Shown piece by piece: positions 9,784 through 17,847 of a stretch of DNA of 64,000 nt (position 1 is the stretch's first letter; each line of letters starts with the position of its first letter). The DNA comes from Minisyncoccota bacterium (GTDB taxonomy: Bacteria > Patescibacteriota > Minisyncoccia > Phycocordibacterales > Phycocordibacteraceae). Below the pieces are notes generated by a model that saw only the letters and a list, made by a program, of their open reading frames with translations, was not told the origin of the DNA and made no database searches. The position numbers and the translations under genes were made by a program. Where the stretch lies: assembly GCA_018062765.1 (NCBI GenBank), contig JAGORR010000001.1:356930-420929 (forward strand), given 5' to 3'.

Positions 9784-10053
9784 ATGAACGAAAGAGTAGA
9801 GATACCGCTTCTTGAGGGCATCAAAACGCAGATAGTGAATCCCATCATCACGCTTCTAGCGCTTGGAGCATTTGTAATGTTTCTTTGGGGTCTCGTCGTA
9901 TTCATATGGAATGCCGGGGATGCGGAGGCGCAGTCGACGGGGAAGCGCGTCATGCTGTGGGGTGTCATTGGGCTTGTTGTCATATTCGGTGCGTGGAGCA
10001 TTGTGGAGCTTATCGGAAGCACGATAGGGGTAGACCCAAATCAGTACCGGTAA
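9784..10053 (+). CDS. TrbC/VirB2-type pilin-like protein (paralog 5)
   Basis: 89 aa; two TM helices with AEAQSTGKRVMLWGVIGLVVIFGAWSIVELI. Confidence 0.55.
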   Translation: MNERVEIPLLEGIKTQIVNPIITLLALGAFVMFLWGLVVFIWNAGDAEAQSTGKRVMLWGVIGLVVIFGAWSIVELIGSTIGVDPNQYR

Positions 10054-10103
10054 AGAAGAAGGCCGCCGTCACCATCAGGTGCGGCGGCCTCAAGAGGAAA
10101 GAA

Positions 10104-10610
10104 CTAGTTCGGACCTTCTATCCAGTAATGGAAGACGAAGGGTTCTGCTGTAGAGCTTCGGATGCGAAATCCATCAGCAAACTCGCAGCCTTCTGCTGTC
10201 CAGTTGATCCAGGCTTCATGCACGTAGCACTGGGCCTCGTAGCCGCTCGTCTCTAGCACGTGAAGATCAGCGGCAGGGCAGTTTCTCGGCATCCAAAGCT
10301 CGGGAGCATGCGACCAGTCGTCTGGGGACGACTTGGCCGGAGCTATTCGCGCCTGGGGTCTCGTCTCGCCACTTGGCTTGCCGCAGATTGTTGGCACGTT
10401 TAAGCGCTCATCTTGAGACGAACTTCTGTAGCCACGCTCATTTGTAGCCTGCGTCGGATTCGATTCACCCCAAAACTGGAAGTGGTAGCCTAAGAATCCG
10501 AGCACGCTCAGAGCGATCGTAACCCAAAGCGCAATGTCCCACATGAAGGAATTGCCGCTCTTCTTCGCCTCACCAGGCGAGCCTGCTGAGGGTGTAGCGT
10601 GAGATGCCAC
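10104..10610 (-). CDS. Membrane-anchored hypothetical protein with a Cys-containing C-terminal domain
   Basis: 168 aa; one TM helix (WDIALWVTIALSVLGFLGY); directly downstream of the SPFH gene on the same strand. Confidence 0.4.
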   Translation of the reverse strand: MASHATPSAGSPGEAKKSGNSFMWDIALWVTIALSVLGFLGYHFQFWGESNPTQATNERGYRSSSQDERLNVPTICGKPSGETRPQARIAPAKSSPDDWSHAPELWMPRNCPAADLHVLETSGYEAQCYVHEAWINWTAEGCEFADGFRIRSSTAEPFVFHYWIEGPN

Positions 10611-10621
10611 AAGTTACTCCT

Positions 10622-11860
10622 TCAGATGTTCTTGGTTGCATTATGGCCGACAGCGGCGTCGAGAAGGCTGTTGCCGCTCGACTGCACGATGACCTTTTTT
10701 GCAGTCCCGCGCCGGGCTTGTACCCGGTCGAGAGCCTCGGTCAAGGTCATGATAGACTCCTTTGTTTTTTCAGAAGACTTTTCGGACGCCGCGACGAGCT
10801 TGAGCGCTTGCTCGAGTTCGGCATCGCTGTCCTTATCCTCGGCACGCTTCTCTGCGTCTTCCGCTGCGGCCTTGTTCTGTGCCAGTAGCATCACAGCATC
10901 TGGAGTGAGACGCGCGACGTTGAATCGCGTGATCTTAACACCAAGCTGCCGTACGTCACCGACACCGTTCGCAACCGCAGTGTTGAGGAAGAACTCAATC
11001 TCCTTCTCAACCTCGCGTTGCGCGGCGCGCTGCTCCTTCGCTTCGAGGCCCGCGCCTGCCTCAAGGAAGTAGGCTACGGGGTCGTCGATCGCTTTAAGCG
11101 TTCCGTCCTGAGTCTTCGCCTCGTAGTTCGTGGCAGTGATACCGAGACGTTTGATCTGCGCTTCGTCGACTTTCCCGCTTGCGTCGCGAGGAAGCTCAGC
11201 CATCTTGGTGTTCGCGATCATCGTGATGAGCTGAACGGATAGTGGAAGCTTGAGGAACAGGAACTGCTCCCAGGTATGGAAGAGTGCTGCACCACGCATG
11301 GCCTCCTTCGTCATGCCTTCAACGATGCTTCGGACGCCGTTCATGAGGCCGCTCTTGATCAACTCCTTCATGCGCTGAGGCCCGATCGGTCTTCCGCTGT
11401 CGTCCTTGGCTTCATGGTCTGGCTCGATCGTAAGATCGACCTTCACATCCACGGAACCGCCCGCGGTCTGTTTGCCCTCCTTGTCGGTCGCCTTGCAGGT
11501 GACCGAGAATGGGGCAAATTCGACATCGAGACGGGTTACGTCAATTGGTATCAGGCCGATTTCAAACGGCAGGTAGTCTGCCGTCATGTAGTCGCCTGGT
11601 CCGACGAGGATGTCCTGCGGTTCGCCATAGCAAGTCACCAAGGCGACATGCTGCGGCTTGGCAGAGACGTTCGTTTTCCAGCCCATCTTCACCATGAGGA
11701 TTCCGAGAGTGGCAAAGCTGACACCCATGAGGTAGTTCCCGTCGACTCGGTAGGCGAGAAACGCACAGAGCGCGCCGACCGCCATAAGTATGACGGCGAT
11801 GCGCCACAACTTCGAACTGAAGTCAGGACCGACTATGTATTGGCTTACAAGGTTCTTCAT
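10622..11860 (-). CDS. SPFH/band-7 (stomatin/flotillin-like) domain protein
   Basis: 412 aa; N-terminal TM helix, SPFH-like core and a Glu/Ala/Lys-rich coiled-coil C-terminus. Confidence 0.6.
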   Translation of the reverse strand: MKNLVSQYIVGPDFSSKLWRIAVILMAVGALCAFLAYRVDGNYLMGVSFATLGILMVKMGWKTNVSAKPQHVALVTCYGEPQDILVGPGDYMTADYLPFEIGLIPIDVTRLDVEFAPFSVTCKATDKEGKQTAGGSVDVKVDLTIEPDHEAKDDSGRPIGPQRMKELIKSGLMNGVRSIVEGMTKEAMRGAALFHTWEQFLFLKLPLSVQLITMIANTKMAELPRDASGKVDEAQIKRLGITATNYEAKTQDGTLKAIDDPVAYFLEAGAGLEAKEQRAAQREVEKEIEFFLNTAVANGVGDVRQLGVKITRFNVARLTPDAVMLLAQNKAAAEDAEKRAEDKDSDAELEQALKLVAASEKSSEKTKESIMTLTEALDRVQARRGTAKKVIVQSSGNSLLDAAVGHNATKNI

Positions 11861-11898
11861 TCCTATGACCCTCCTGGTCGTTAAGGTTCCCTGTATGT

Positions 11899-11927
11899 AT
11901 TATACACCACAGCCCACACAATGTCAA
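11899..11927 (-). promoter_or_regulatory. Consensus sigma70-type promoter (TTGACA-17 nt-TATAAT) upstream of the SPFH gene
   Basis: Reverse complement of plus 11922-11927 is TTGACA and of 11899-11904 is TATAAT, with a 17-nt spacer. Confidence 0.5.
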
Positions 11928-11974
11928 GCGTCAAATCAAGAAAAGAGCTCATAGGTACGGGCTCGTTTGTCGAT

Positions 11975-12100
11975 TGCTGGGGGAGGGCTTGGTCAGGCGC
12001 TCATTCGTCGCCGTCGCTCCTCACTCCGCCTGACCACCCTCGCGTGACAGACTTTGCTAAGTCTGTAGACCGCGCTCGGTTTCAAGTCTCCACCCCATGC
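11975..12100 (-). repeat. tRNA-Leu-associated structured repeat unit (copy u2, minus orientation)
   Basis: 5' end GCATGGGGTGGAGACTTGAAAC (reverse complement of a T-loop-like GTTCAAGTCTCC); hairpin ACAGACTT-AGCA-AAGTCTGT; 3' end CCAAGCCCTCCCCCAGCA mimics the tRNA-Leu 3' end. Confidence 0.6.
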
Positions 12101-12128
12101 CATTGCGGCTGCTTGCGCAGCCTTTATG

Positions 12129-12252
12129 TGCTGGGGAGGGCTTGGCGAAGCGTCTGCCGATCGTCGTCACTCCCGGCTCCGCTCGGCCCTGCTCGCACGA
12201 CACGGCGTGCTCGCCGCGTAGACCGTGCTTGCGTTCAAGTCTCCACCCATGC
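12129..12252 (-). repeat. tRNA-Leu-associated structured repeat unit (copy u1, minus orientation)
   Basis: Same architecture as u2; hairpin CGCGGCG-AGCA-CGCCGTG; 3' end CCAAGCCCTCCCCAGCA. Confidence 0.6.
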
Positions 12253-12282
12253 CTCTGCGCCAGGCTTGTGTCTGGTTACGTG

Positions 12283-12364
12283 TGCTGGGGAGGAGACTTG
12301 AACTCCTAACCCGTGAGGGACATGGTCCTAAGCCATGCGCGTATACCAATTCCGCCACCCCAGC
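12283..12364 (-). tRNA. tRNA-Leu (anticodon TAG), class II with a long variable arm
   Basis: Manual fold: acceptor GCTGGGG/CCCCAGC, D stem GCG/CGC, anticodon stem CATGG/CCATG with loop CTTAGGA, T arm AGGAG-TTCAAGT-CTCCT, discriminator A. Confidence 0.8.
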
Positions 12365-12406
12365 GTCCTTCACAGAATACTACGATTTGTTATATTGCGT
12401 TCTGTC

Positions 12407-12479
12407 GCGCCTATAGCTCAGTTGGTAGAGCAGATCCCTCTTAAGGATAAGGTCCCTGGTTCGAGCCCAGGTAGGCGCA
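12407..12479 (+). tRNA. tRNA-Lys (anticodon CTT)
   Basis: Manual fold: acceptor GCGCCTA/TAGGCGC, D arm GCTC-AGTTGGTA-GAGC, anticodon loop CTCTTAA, T arm CCTGG-TTCGAGC-CCAGG. Confidence 0.85.
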
Positions 12480-12486
12480 CTAACAC

Positions 12487-12517
12487 GAAAAAGTCCTGGT
12501 CTGCACCAGGACTTTTC
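12487..12517 (+). terminator. Intrinsic terminator after tRNA-Lys (AAAAGTCCTGGT-ctgc-ACCAGGACTTTT)
   Basis: Perfect 12-bp stem plus U-tract. Confidence 0.65.
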
Positions 12518-12725
12518 GGTTAGTGCGCGACGGAACCATGTTTTGCGAGCGCGCAAAACCGGTGAGCCAGGGTCGTAGCCTGAAGTGAGTGTCGACGAGC
12601 TTCAGGGCTATGACCACGTGCGAGGCACAGCGATGTTTTGTCTGCAGATAAAACCACGAGCCGGGATAGCGGAATTTCATGAATAATGACTAATGAAATA
12701 TCCGTGACCACAAATTGCAAAACGT

Positions 12726-13562
12726 TTAGATACCAGCGTACTTTCTGAATCGTCCAATTAGGTCAGTCGTGAGGGTCCCTGGCTTACCGCTGCCTACCTT
12801 ACGGTCATCGATGCGGATGACCGGCACTACGTCCTTGAACGACGAGGTGATAAACACCTCATCAGCGTTCCAAACGTCGTCCATGCTGACTGCGCGCTCT
12901 TCGGTCTTGTAACCGGCTTCAGCCGCAAGCTCTAGGATGACCTTCCTGGTAATGCCATGCAATACGCCCTCCTTCGCCGTGATAACCACTTTGTCCTTCA
13001 CGATGAACGCGTTTGATGTCGAGCACTCGAGCATGTTGCCGTTTGCGTGGTACAGGATTTCGAGTGCGTTCGCGGCTCGTCGCTTAGGCTGTAGCATCAC
13101 CGCATTTATGTAATTGATGGTCTTGTACTCCGGCATCATGCGCTGGTGCTCGCTCGTGATGAGAGAAACGCCATCAGTAAACACTTCGGGCGCAAGCACA
13201 AATGCCGGCTCGCAATTTATGAAGAATGTCTCGCGTCCAGGAACGTGCTCAAGCCCTCCGAGCGCTTCTCCGCCAGTAAGAACGACACGTACGGTTGCGC
13301 GCGTATCTGGTGAGTTGCGCTTGGCGATCTCTATCAGGGCAGCCTCAAACGCGTCGCGCTCGATAGGAATGGTAAGGGAGAGGGCAGCCGCTGACTTCAG
13401 TAACCGCTGCCAGTGGTCTTCGAAGCGAAACGGCTTTCCGCCAATGACCGTAATGCCCTCATAGACACCGTAGGAGCGTAGGACGCCGAGATCGAGGATG
13501 CCCACCTTCGCCTCCTGAAGCGGAAGAAATGCCCCATTAAGAAAGGCGACAGGCTCGTTCAT
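12726..13562 (-). CDS. Aminotransferase class IV (branched-chain or D-amino-acid aminotransferase family)
   Basis: Fold-type IV PLP-enzyme-like sequence; start set at MNEPVAFLNG (13562), because the upstream part of the track ORF is antisense to tRNA-Leu(TAA). Confidence 0.6.
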   Translation of the reverse strand: MNEPVAFLNGAFLPLQEAKVGILDLGVLRSYGVYEGITVIGGKPFRFEDHWQRLLKSAAALSLTIPIERDAFEAALIEIAKRNSPDTRATVRVVLTGGEALGGLEHVPGRETFFINCEPAFVLAPEVFTDGVSLITSEHQRMMPEYKTINYINAVMLQPKRRAANALEILYHANGNMLECSTSNAFIVKDKVVITAKEGVLHGITRKVILELAAEAGYKTEERAVSMDDVWNADEVFITSSFKDVVPVIRIDDRKVGSGKPGTLTTDLIGRFRKYAGI

Positions 13563-13625
13563 CGGAGGATTATAACAGCAGTAATGTGTTATGGGTTTCT
13601 CGATATATGCTAGAACTAGTCGTAC

Positions 13626-13708
13626 GCCAGGGTGATGGAACGGTAGACATAGGGGACTTAAAATCCCCAGCTGTAACAAGCGTGTGGGTTCGACTCCCAC
13701 CCCTGGTA
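13626..13708 (+). tRNA. tRNA-Leu (anticodon TAA), class II
   Basis: Acceptor GCCAGGG/CCCTGGT (G1-U72), anticodon stem GGGGA/TCCCC with loop CTTAAAA, long variable arm, T arm GTGGG-TTCGACT-CCCAC. Confidence 0.8.
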
Positions 13709-13738
13709 CTCGGTAGGGCGTGATAGGATTCTGCCATC

Positions 13739-13810
13739 GGCCCGATGGTGAAGTGGTAACACGGGGGACTGCAAATCCTCTATGCGCGGGTTCAATTCCC
13801 GCTCGGGCCT
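13739..13810 (+). tRNA. tRNA-Cys (anticodon GCA)
   Basis: Acceptor GGCCCGA/TCGGGCC, anticodon loop CTGCAAA, T arm GCGGG-TTCAATT-CCCGC, discriminator U as is typical of tRNA-Cys. Confidence 0.8.
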
Positions 13811-13872
13811 CAAATTGGACGCGCAGCGTCTAATAGCGGGAATTGAAGGCCGTAGCTATATCGTGCGAGCAC

Positions 13873-13918
13873 GCACGATTGCGAGGCGGGGTCACGAATA
13901 AGGTCTGCTCGACGGAGC
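13873..13918. terminator. Long bidirectional terminator hairpin (GGTCACGAATAAGGTCTGCTC-gacg-GAGCAGACCTTATTCGTGACC)
   Basis: 21-bp perfect inverted repeat between the tRNA pair and the convergent rbfA gene. Confidence 0.6.
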
Positions 13919-13949
13919 AGACCTTATTCGTGACCAGTACCGCTCTGTC

Positions 13950-14303
13950 TTAAATTTGGTTCCCTAACTCATCCATTCGCTGACGGTTCTTCTCCCCAGC
14001 ATCGTGCTCAAACTTTACAGACGGAATGGCGCGCAGACGGGACTTCTGCTTGAGGAAGGTCCGGAATTCATCGCGGTTGCGATTTAAGAAATCTAGCGCG
14101 TAGGGAAGGGCGGTGTCAGGGAACACGGTGACGAACAAGGTGGCGCGGTCACCTCTTGAGGAGAGTACTGCGCGTGTCACCGTTATAAGCGATGTGTTAT
14201 TCGATTCGCGCGCAATAAACTCAGCCGCTAGATGCGCTACCTGCTCCTCGGCGCGCTCGCCGTGATGATTTGCCTTGCCGCCCCCGGTAAATGGAAGGCT
14301 CAT
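13950..14303 (-). CDS. rbfA: Ribosome-binding factor A
   Basis: 117 aa; sits downstream of infB with an ATGA overlap, which is the conserved infB-rbfA synteny; RbfA-like size and sequence character. Confidence 0.6.
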   Translation of the reverse strand: MSLPFTGGGKANHHGERAEEQVAHLAAEFIARESNNTSLITVTRAVLSSRGDRATLFVTVFPDTALPYALDFLNRNRDEFRTFLKQKSRLRAIPSVKFEHDAGEKNRQRMDELGNQI

Positions 14304-15802
14304 GCTATATCCGTGCGAAAAGCTGCGACAACATCCCCGCCCTGCACCTCCGCCTTTGTCTCTATCTGCATACCAAAATCTCCTTCTACCTTAATCTCCG
14401 AGACATCCGCTCGTGCCTGCTGGAGGTTTACAATCTTTCCACGACCAATTTCTTCGTCCTGACGAAGTATCTTCACGAGCGCATTGAGAGCGAGCGTACC
14501 GGACACATGCTTTGCTCCGACAACCTTTTTCGTAGAGGTTGCACTGAAGACTTTAAGCAGTTTCGCCTCGCCGGTGACAGTCTCAACGTTTATTTTTGGC
14601 GTACGCTCGATTAGAAGTGCTTCTACACGCTCCTTGAGCTCGTAAATAATAGTAAATGTTTCTATGAGAACGCCAGAGCGCTCGGCGACATCGCGCGCAG
14701 CTGCATCGACGCTTACGGAGAACCCAATAACGACGCCTCCTGATGCTTGCGCGGTCTTTACGTCCGCTTCACCCACCGCGCCAATGCCCGTCTGGATGAT
14801 ACGGATAGCCGCACGCTCATGAGTAATCTTCGCGAGCTCGTGCTTGATTGCTTCTATGCTCCCCGTTACATCAGCCTTAATAACGAGTGCGAGGGTAGTG
14901 ATGCTGTCGTTTGTCTCCACATTCGCTGCTTGCTCCTTCTTGGCCTCGGCATTGAACGCCGTGGCAAGCGCCTCTGCGTCTTTGCGGGACTTTGCGGAGG
15001 AAAAGGGCGTGCCTGCAGGCGGAAGGATGGAAAACCCGGATATGCGTGCGGGCGCCGAGGGGAGTGCTGCATCGACGCGCTTTCCGGCGAAGTTCTCAAT
15101 AAATCGCACTGGTGCGTATGCGCCTCCTGCGACTACAAACGAGCCTGACGAGAGCGTGCCATCCTTGACTATCAAGGTCGCGGAAAGTCCCTGCTTAGGG
15201 TCCTGCGTGGATTCGAGAACGAATCCGGAGGCAGGAGCGTCCGCGTCAGCGGAAAGCTCTGCAAGGTCTGCGGTAAGAAGCACGAGATCCAAAAGTTCAG
15301 GCACGCCCACACCAGACTTTGAAGAGACGCCCGCGTATGGAATATCTCCGCCGAGTCCTTCGAGGTAGACACCGTTCTCAAGAAGCGATGACTTTGCGCG
15401 CTCCGCGTCAGCACCATTCTTATCAATCTTCGTGAGCGCGACGACGAACGGTGTCTTCGCCTCCTGAATCGACGCAAGTGCCTCCAGCGTCTGTGGCTTT
15501 ACGCCTTCATCGGCTGCGACGACGAGGATTGCGACATCAGCTACCGCAGCGCCGCGCGCGCGAAGCGCACGGAATGCCTCATGACCTGGGGTGTCGAGAA
15601 AGGTGATTTTGCGCACAGCGCCCTCGTGCTCGTGTAGAGCCTCGTATGCGGACACGTGTTGCGTGATGCCGCCTGCCTCGCCTGCGGTAACGTTCGCCTT
15701 ACGGATGTAGTCAAGCAAGGATGATTTGCCGTGGTCGATGTGACCCATAACAGCAACGATGGGAGGGCGTGGGGAGGCGGCCATATTCGCCGATTTCATC
15801 AC
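14300..15802 (-). CDS. infB: Translation initiation factor IF-2 (short form, 500 aa)
   Basis: G1 motif AVMGHIDHGKSSLLD, DTPGHEAF, and domain II/IV-like C-terminus; lacks the long N-terminal extension. Confidence 0.85.
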   Translation of the reverse strand: MMKSANMAASPRPPIVAVMGHIDHGKSSLLDYIRKANVTAGEAGGITQHVSAYEALHEHEGAVRKITFLDTPGHEAFRALRARGAAVADVAILVVAADEGVKPQTLEALASIQEAKTPFVVALTKIDKNGADAERAKSSLLENGVYLEGLGGDIPYAGVSSKSGVGVPELLDLVLLTADLAELSADADAPASGFVLESTQDPKQGLSATLIVKDGTLSSGSFVVAGGAYAPVRFIENFAGKRVDAALPSAPARISGFSILPPAGTPFSSAKSRKDAEALATAFNAEAKKEQAANVETNDSITTLALVIKADVTGSIEAIKHELAKITHERAAIRIIQTGIGAVGEADVKTAQASGGVVIGFSVSVDAAARDVAERSGVLIETFTIIYELKERVEALLIERTPKINVETVTGEAKLLKVFSATSTKKVVGAKHVSGTLALNALVKILRQDEEIGRGKIVNLQQARADVSEIKVEGDFGMQIETKAEVQGGDVVAAFRTDIA

Positions 15803-15842
15803 GAAAATCGCCTTTTTGCAATGTTTTTTATATAGTGCGCAT

Positions 15843-17006
15843 ATGTTCAGGAACCTGTTTCAGAAGAAGCGAACGTATCTCGACTACGCAGCGAGCGCAC
15901 CGGCGTCGGTGCGGGCACTGCACGCACATGGAGAGGCGCTGCAGCTTGTCGGGAACCCGTCGTCCCCGCATACGGAAGGCCGTGCCGCAAAATCGCTTCT
16001 TGAGGGTGCGCGTACGCGCGTTGCGCGGGTGCTTTCGGTTAAATCGGACGATGTCATCTTTACCTCAGGTGCGACCGAGGCGAACAATATCGCGATTCAA
16101 GGGAACGTAATGTCCGCAAAAAGGCGAGGCGCCGCAGCGCCGCATGTTCTTTACCTCCCTAGCGCGCACGCTTCGGTCATTGAAACACTCAAATCTCTCT
16201 CACAATGGGGGGTGGTCATGGAACCGCTCGCGATACGAGACGGAGAAATCGATATAGAATATCTGAAGAAGCAGCTACGGCCAGATACCGTGCTCGTCGT
16301 GGTAGATATGGTGTGCGGGGAGACAGGAACGCTTTGGAATACGCGCGAAGTCGCACTTGCGCTTCGTGACACGAGCGCAAAGCTTCTCGTTGACGCGAGT
16401 CAGGCACCTTATACAGAGCAGATGGAGCGCACGCGCATTGCAGGTGACATCATTGTGCTCGATGCACAGAAGATTGGGGGCGTGCGGGGTACAGGTGTCC
16501 TTATTGCGCCGCGTATGCTCGGACTCATCCCGTATGCACATGGCGGCGGGCAGGAACGCGGGCTTTCACCTGGTACTGAGAACGTCGCAGGTGCAGTGGC
16601 TTTTGCGATAGCGCTCGAAGACGCTGAGCGCGAACGGGAGTCGCGGGTCACCGAATGGGAGCGAATGCGCAATGTGGTGATGGACGCCATAGCTGCCATT
16701 CCTGTTATCGAGATAAACGAAGGGAAGAAGCGTTCGCCACGCATACTCAATCTGTCGCTTCGTGGCCGCGATACCGATTATCTTGTCGCGCTTCTGGATG
16801 AAGCAGGATTCGCTGTTTCGACCAAAAGCGCCTGCGAATCCGATTCATCGCAAGGCTCGCGTGCAGTCACTGCTCTAACGCAGGACGAGGCGCGGGCGAC
16901 GTCGACGCTCCGTATCTCCTGGGGACCAGGCGTATCGATGCATGACCTGACACGTTTCGTTATCGCGCTCAAAAAGACCGTCGTATTCCTTGACGCATCC
17001 TTGTAG
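15843..17006 (+). CDS. Cysteine desulfurase / class V aminotransferase (IscS/NifS-like)
   Basis: YLDYAASAP...SGATEANN N-terminal pattern of IscS/NifS; start set at MFRNLF (15843). Confidence 0.7.
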   Translation: MFRNLFQKKRTYLDYAASAPASVRALHAHGEALQLVGNPSSPHTEGRAAKSLLEGARTRVARVLSVKSDDVIFTSGATEANNIAIQGNVMSAKRRGAAAPHVLYLPSAHASVIETLKSLSQWGVVMEPLAIRDGEIDIEYLKKQLRPDTVLVVVDMVCGETGTLWNTREVALALRDTSAKLLVDASQAPYTEQMERTRIAGDIIVLDAQKIGGVRGTGVLIAPRMLGLIPYAHGGGQERGLSPGTENVAGAVAFAIALEDAERERESRVTEWERMRNVVMDAIAAIPVIEINEGKKRSPRILNLSLRGRDTDYLVALLDEAGFAVSTKSACESDSSQGSRAVTALTQDEARATSTLRISWGPGVSMHDLTRFVIALKKTVVFLDASL

Positions 17007-17035
17007 CCATACCAGCCCCGGAGTATCCTAGATGC

Positions 17036-17758
17036 ATGGACATAGACGATCTCTCCAAATCACAGCTCCTGCTCTTGACGCTCCTCGTGAACTTCGTGAT
17101 GTCGATTGCAACCGGAATCGTAACCGTCTCGCTTCTTGATGAGGCACCTCCTGTTATCACGCAGACGGTGAACCGTATCGTCGAACACACGGTCGAGACT
17201 GTGGCTCCCGCTGTTGTCACGCCGGGAAAGCCACAACCGTCGGAGGAGGACCGTCTCGTCTCGGCCGTCGCGGTTGCAAACGCACGGACGGTATTCCTTT
17301 ATGATAAGTCGACAACGACTCCGGCTATCGCGCGCGGCATGTATCTCCCTACCTCGCGTAGCGCGGTATTCGTCACGGACGAGGCGCTTCCGAACGAAGC
17401 TATCGTCGGTTTCGCAAACGGCGCCTCTTCGCCAGTGTCTCTTACGCGCAAGAACGGGTCGCTCATGCTCTATGGATTCTCCGATAACGCGGCACTCCCG
17501 CCCGCAACGGCAGCGAATCCCGTCCCATCGTCATCGCTCAAGCAGGGACAGGCAGTAATAGCGATACGCGCCGACGGAAGCGCGGTGACCGGCATCGTAT
17601 CCAAGGTGGACGCCGGTAGCGTGACGACTACGCTTCCAGAAACCACGCGCGGTAGCGGAGCCGTGGATCTTTCAGGTCGGGTCGTCGGCATCTCAACGGG
17701 TGCGGCGAGCACGTACATCGGTGCAGAGAGCATTACGTCGATACTCGAAGCGCAATAG
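17036..17758 (+). CDS. Membrane-anchored hypothetical protein with a possible degenerate trypsin-like domain
   Basis: 240 aa; N-terminal TM helix; C-terminal GSGAVDLSGRVVGI sits where S1 proteases have GNSGGPL..G.VIGI, so the catalytic Ser motif looks degenerate. Confidence 0.35.
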   Translation: MDIDDLSKSQLLLLTLLVNFVMSIATGIVTVSLLDEAPPVITQTVNRIVEHTVETVAPAVVTPGKPQPSEEDRLVSAVAVANARTVFLYDKSTTTPAIARGMYLPTSRSAVFVTDEALPNEAIVGFANGASSPVSLTRKNGSLMLYGFSDNAALPPATAANPVPSSSLKQGQAVIAIRADGSAVTGIVSKVDAGSVTTTLPETTRGSGAVDLSGRVVGISTGAASTYIGAESITSILEAQ

Positions 17759-17847
17759 CACGCTCCGTGCTATACTTTCAGTAACGCGGATGAATCTGGC
17801 ATCCGGGCGGTAAGGATAGCTAGGCGTTCGCGTCTTCTTCTAAAGCC

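Noticed and set aside
11975-12252. Possible CRISPR array or canonical tRNA genes for the repeat units
   Set aside because: The units are ~125-150 nt, which is far too long for CRISPR repeats. They are not separated by regularly sized spacers and vary internally. Hand folding does not give a D-arm, anticodon-arm and T-arm cloverleaf; for example, B has a 7-bp hairpin where the D arm should be and no T-arm pairing.
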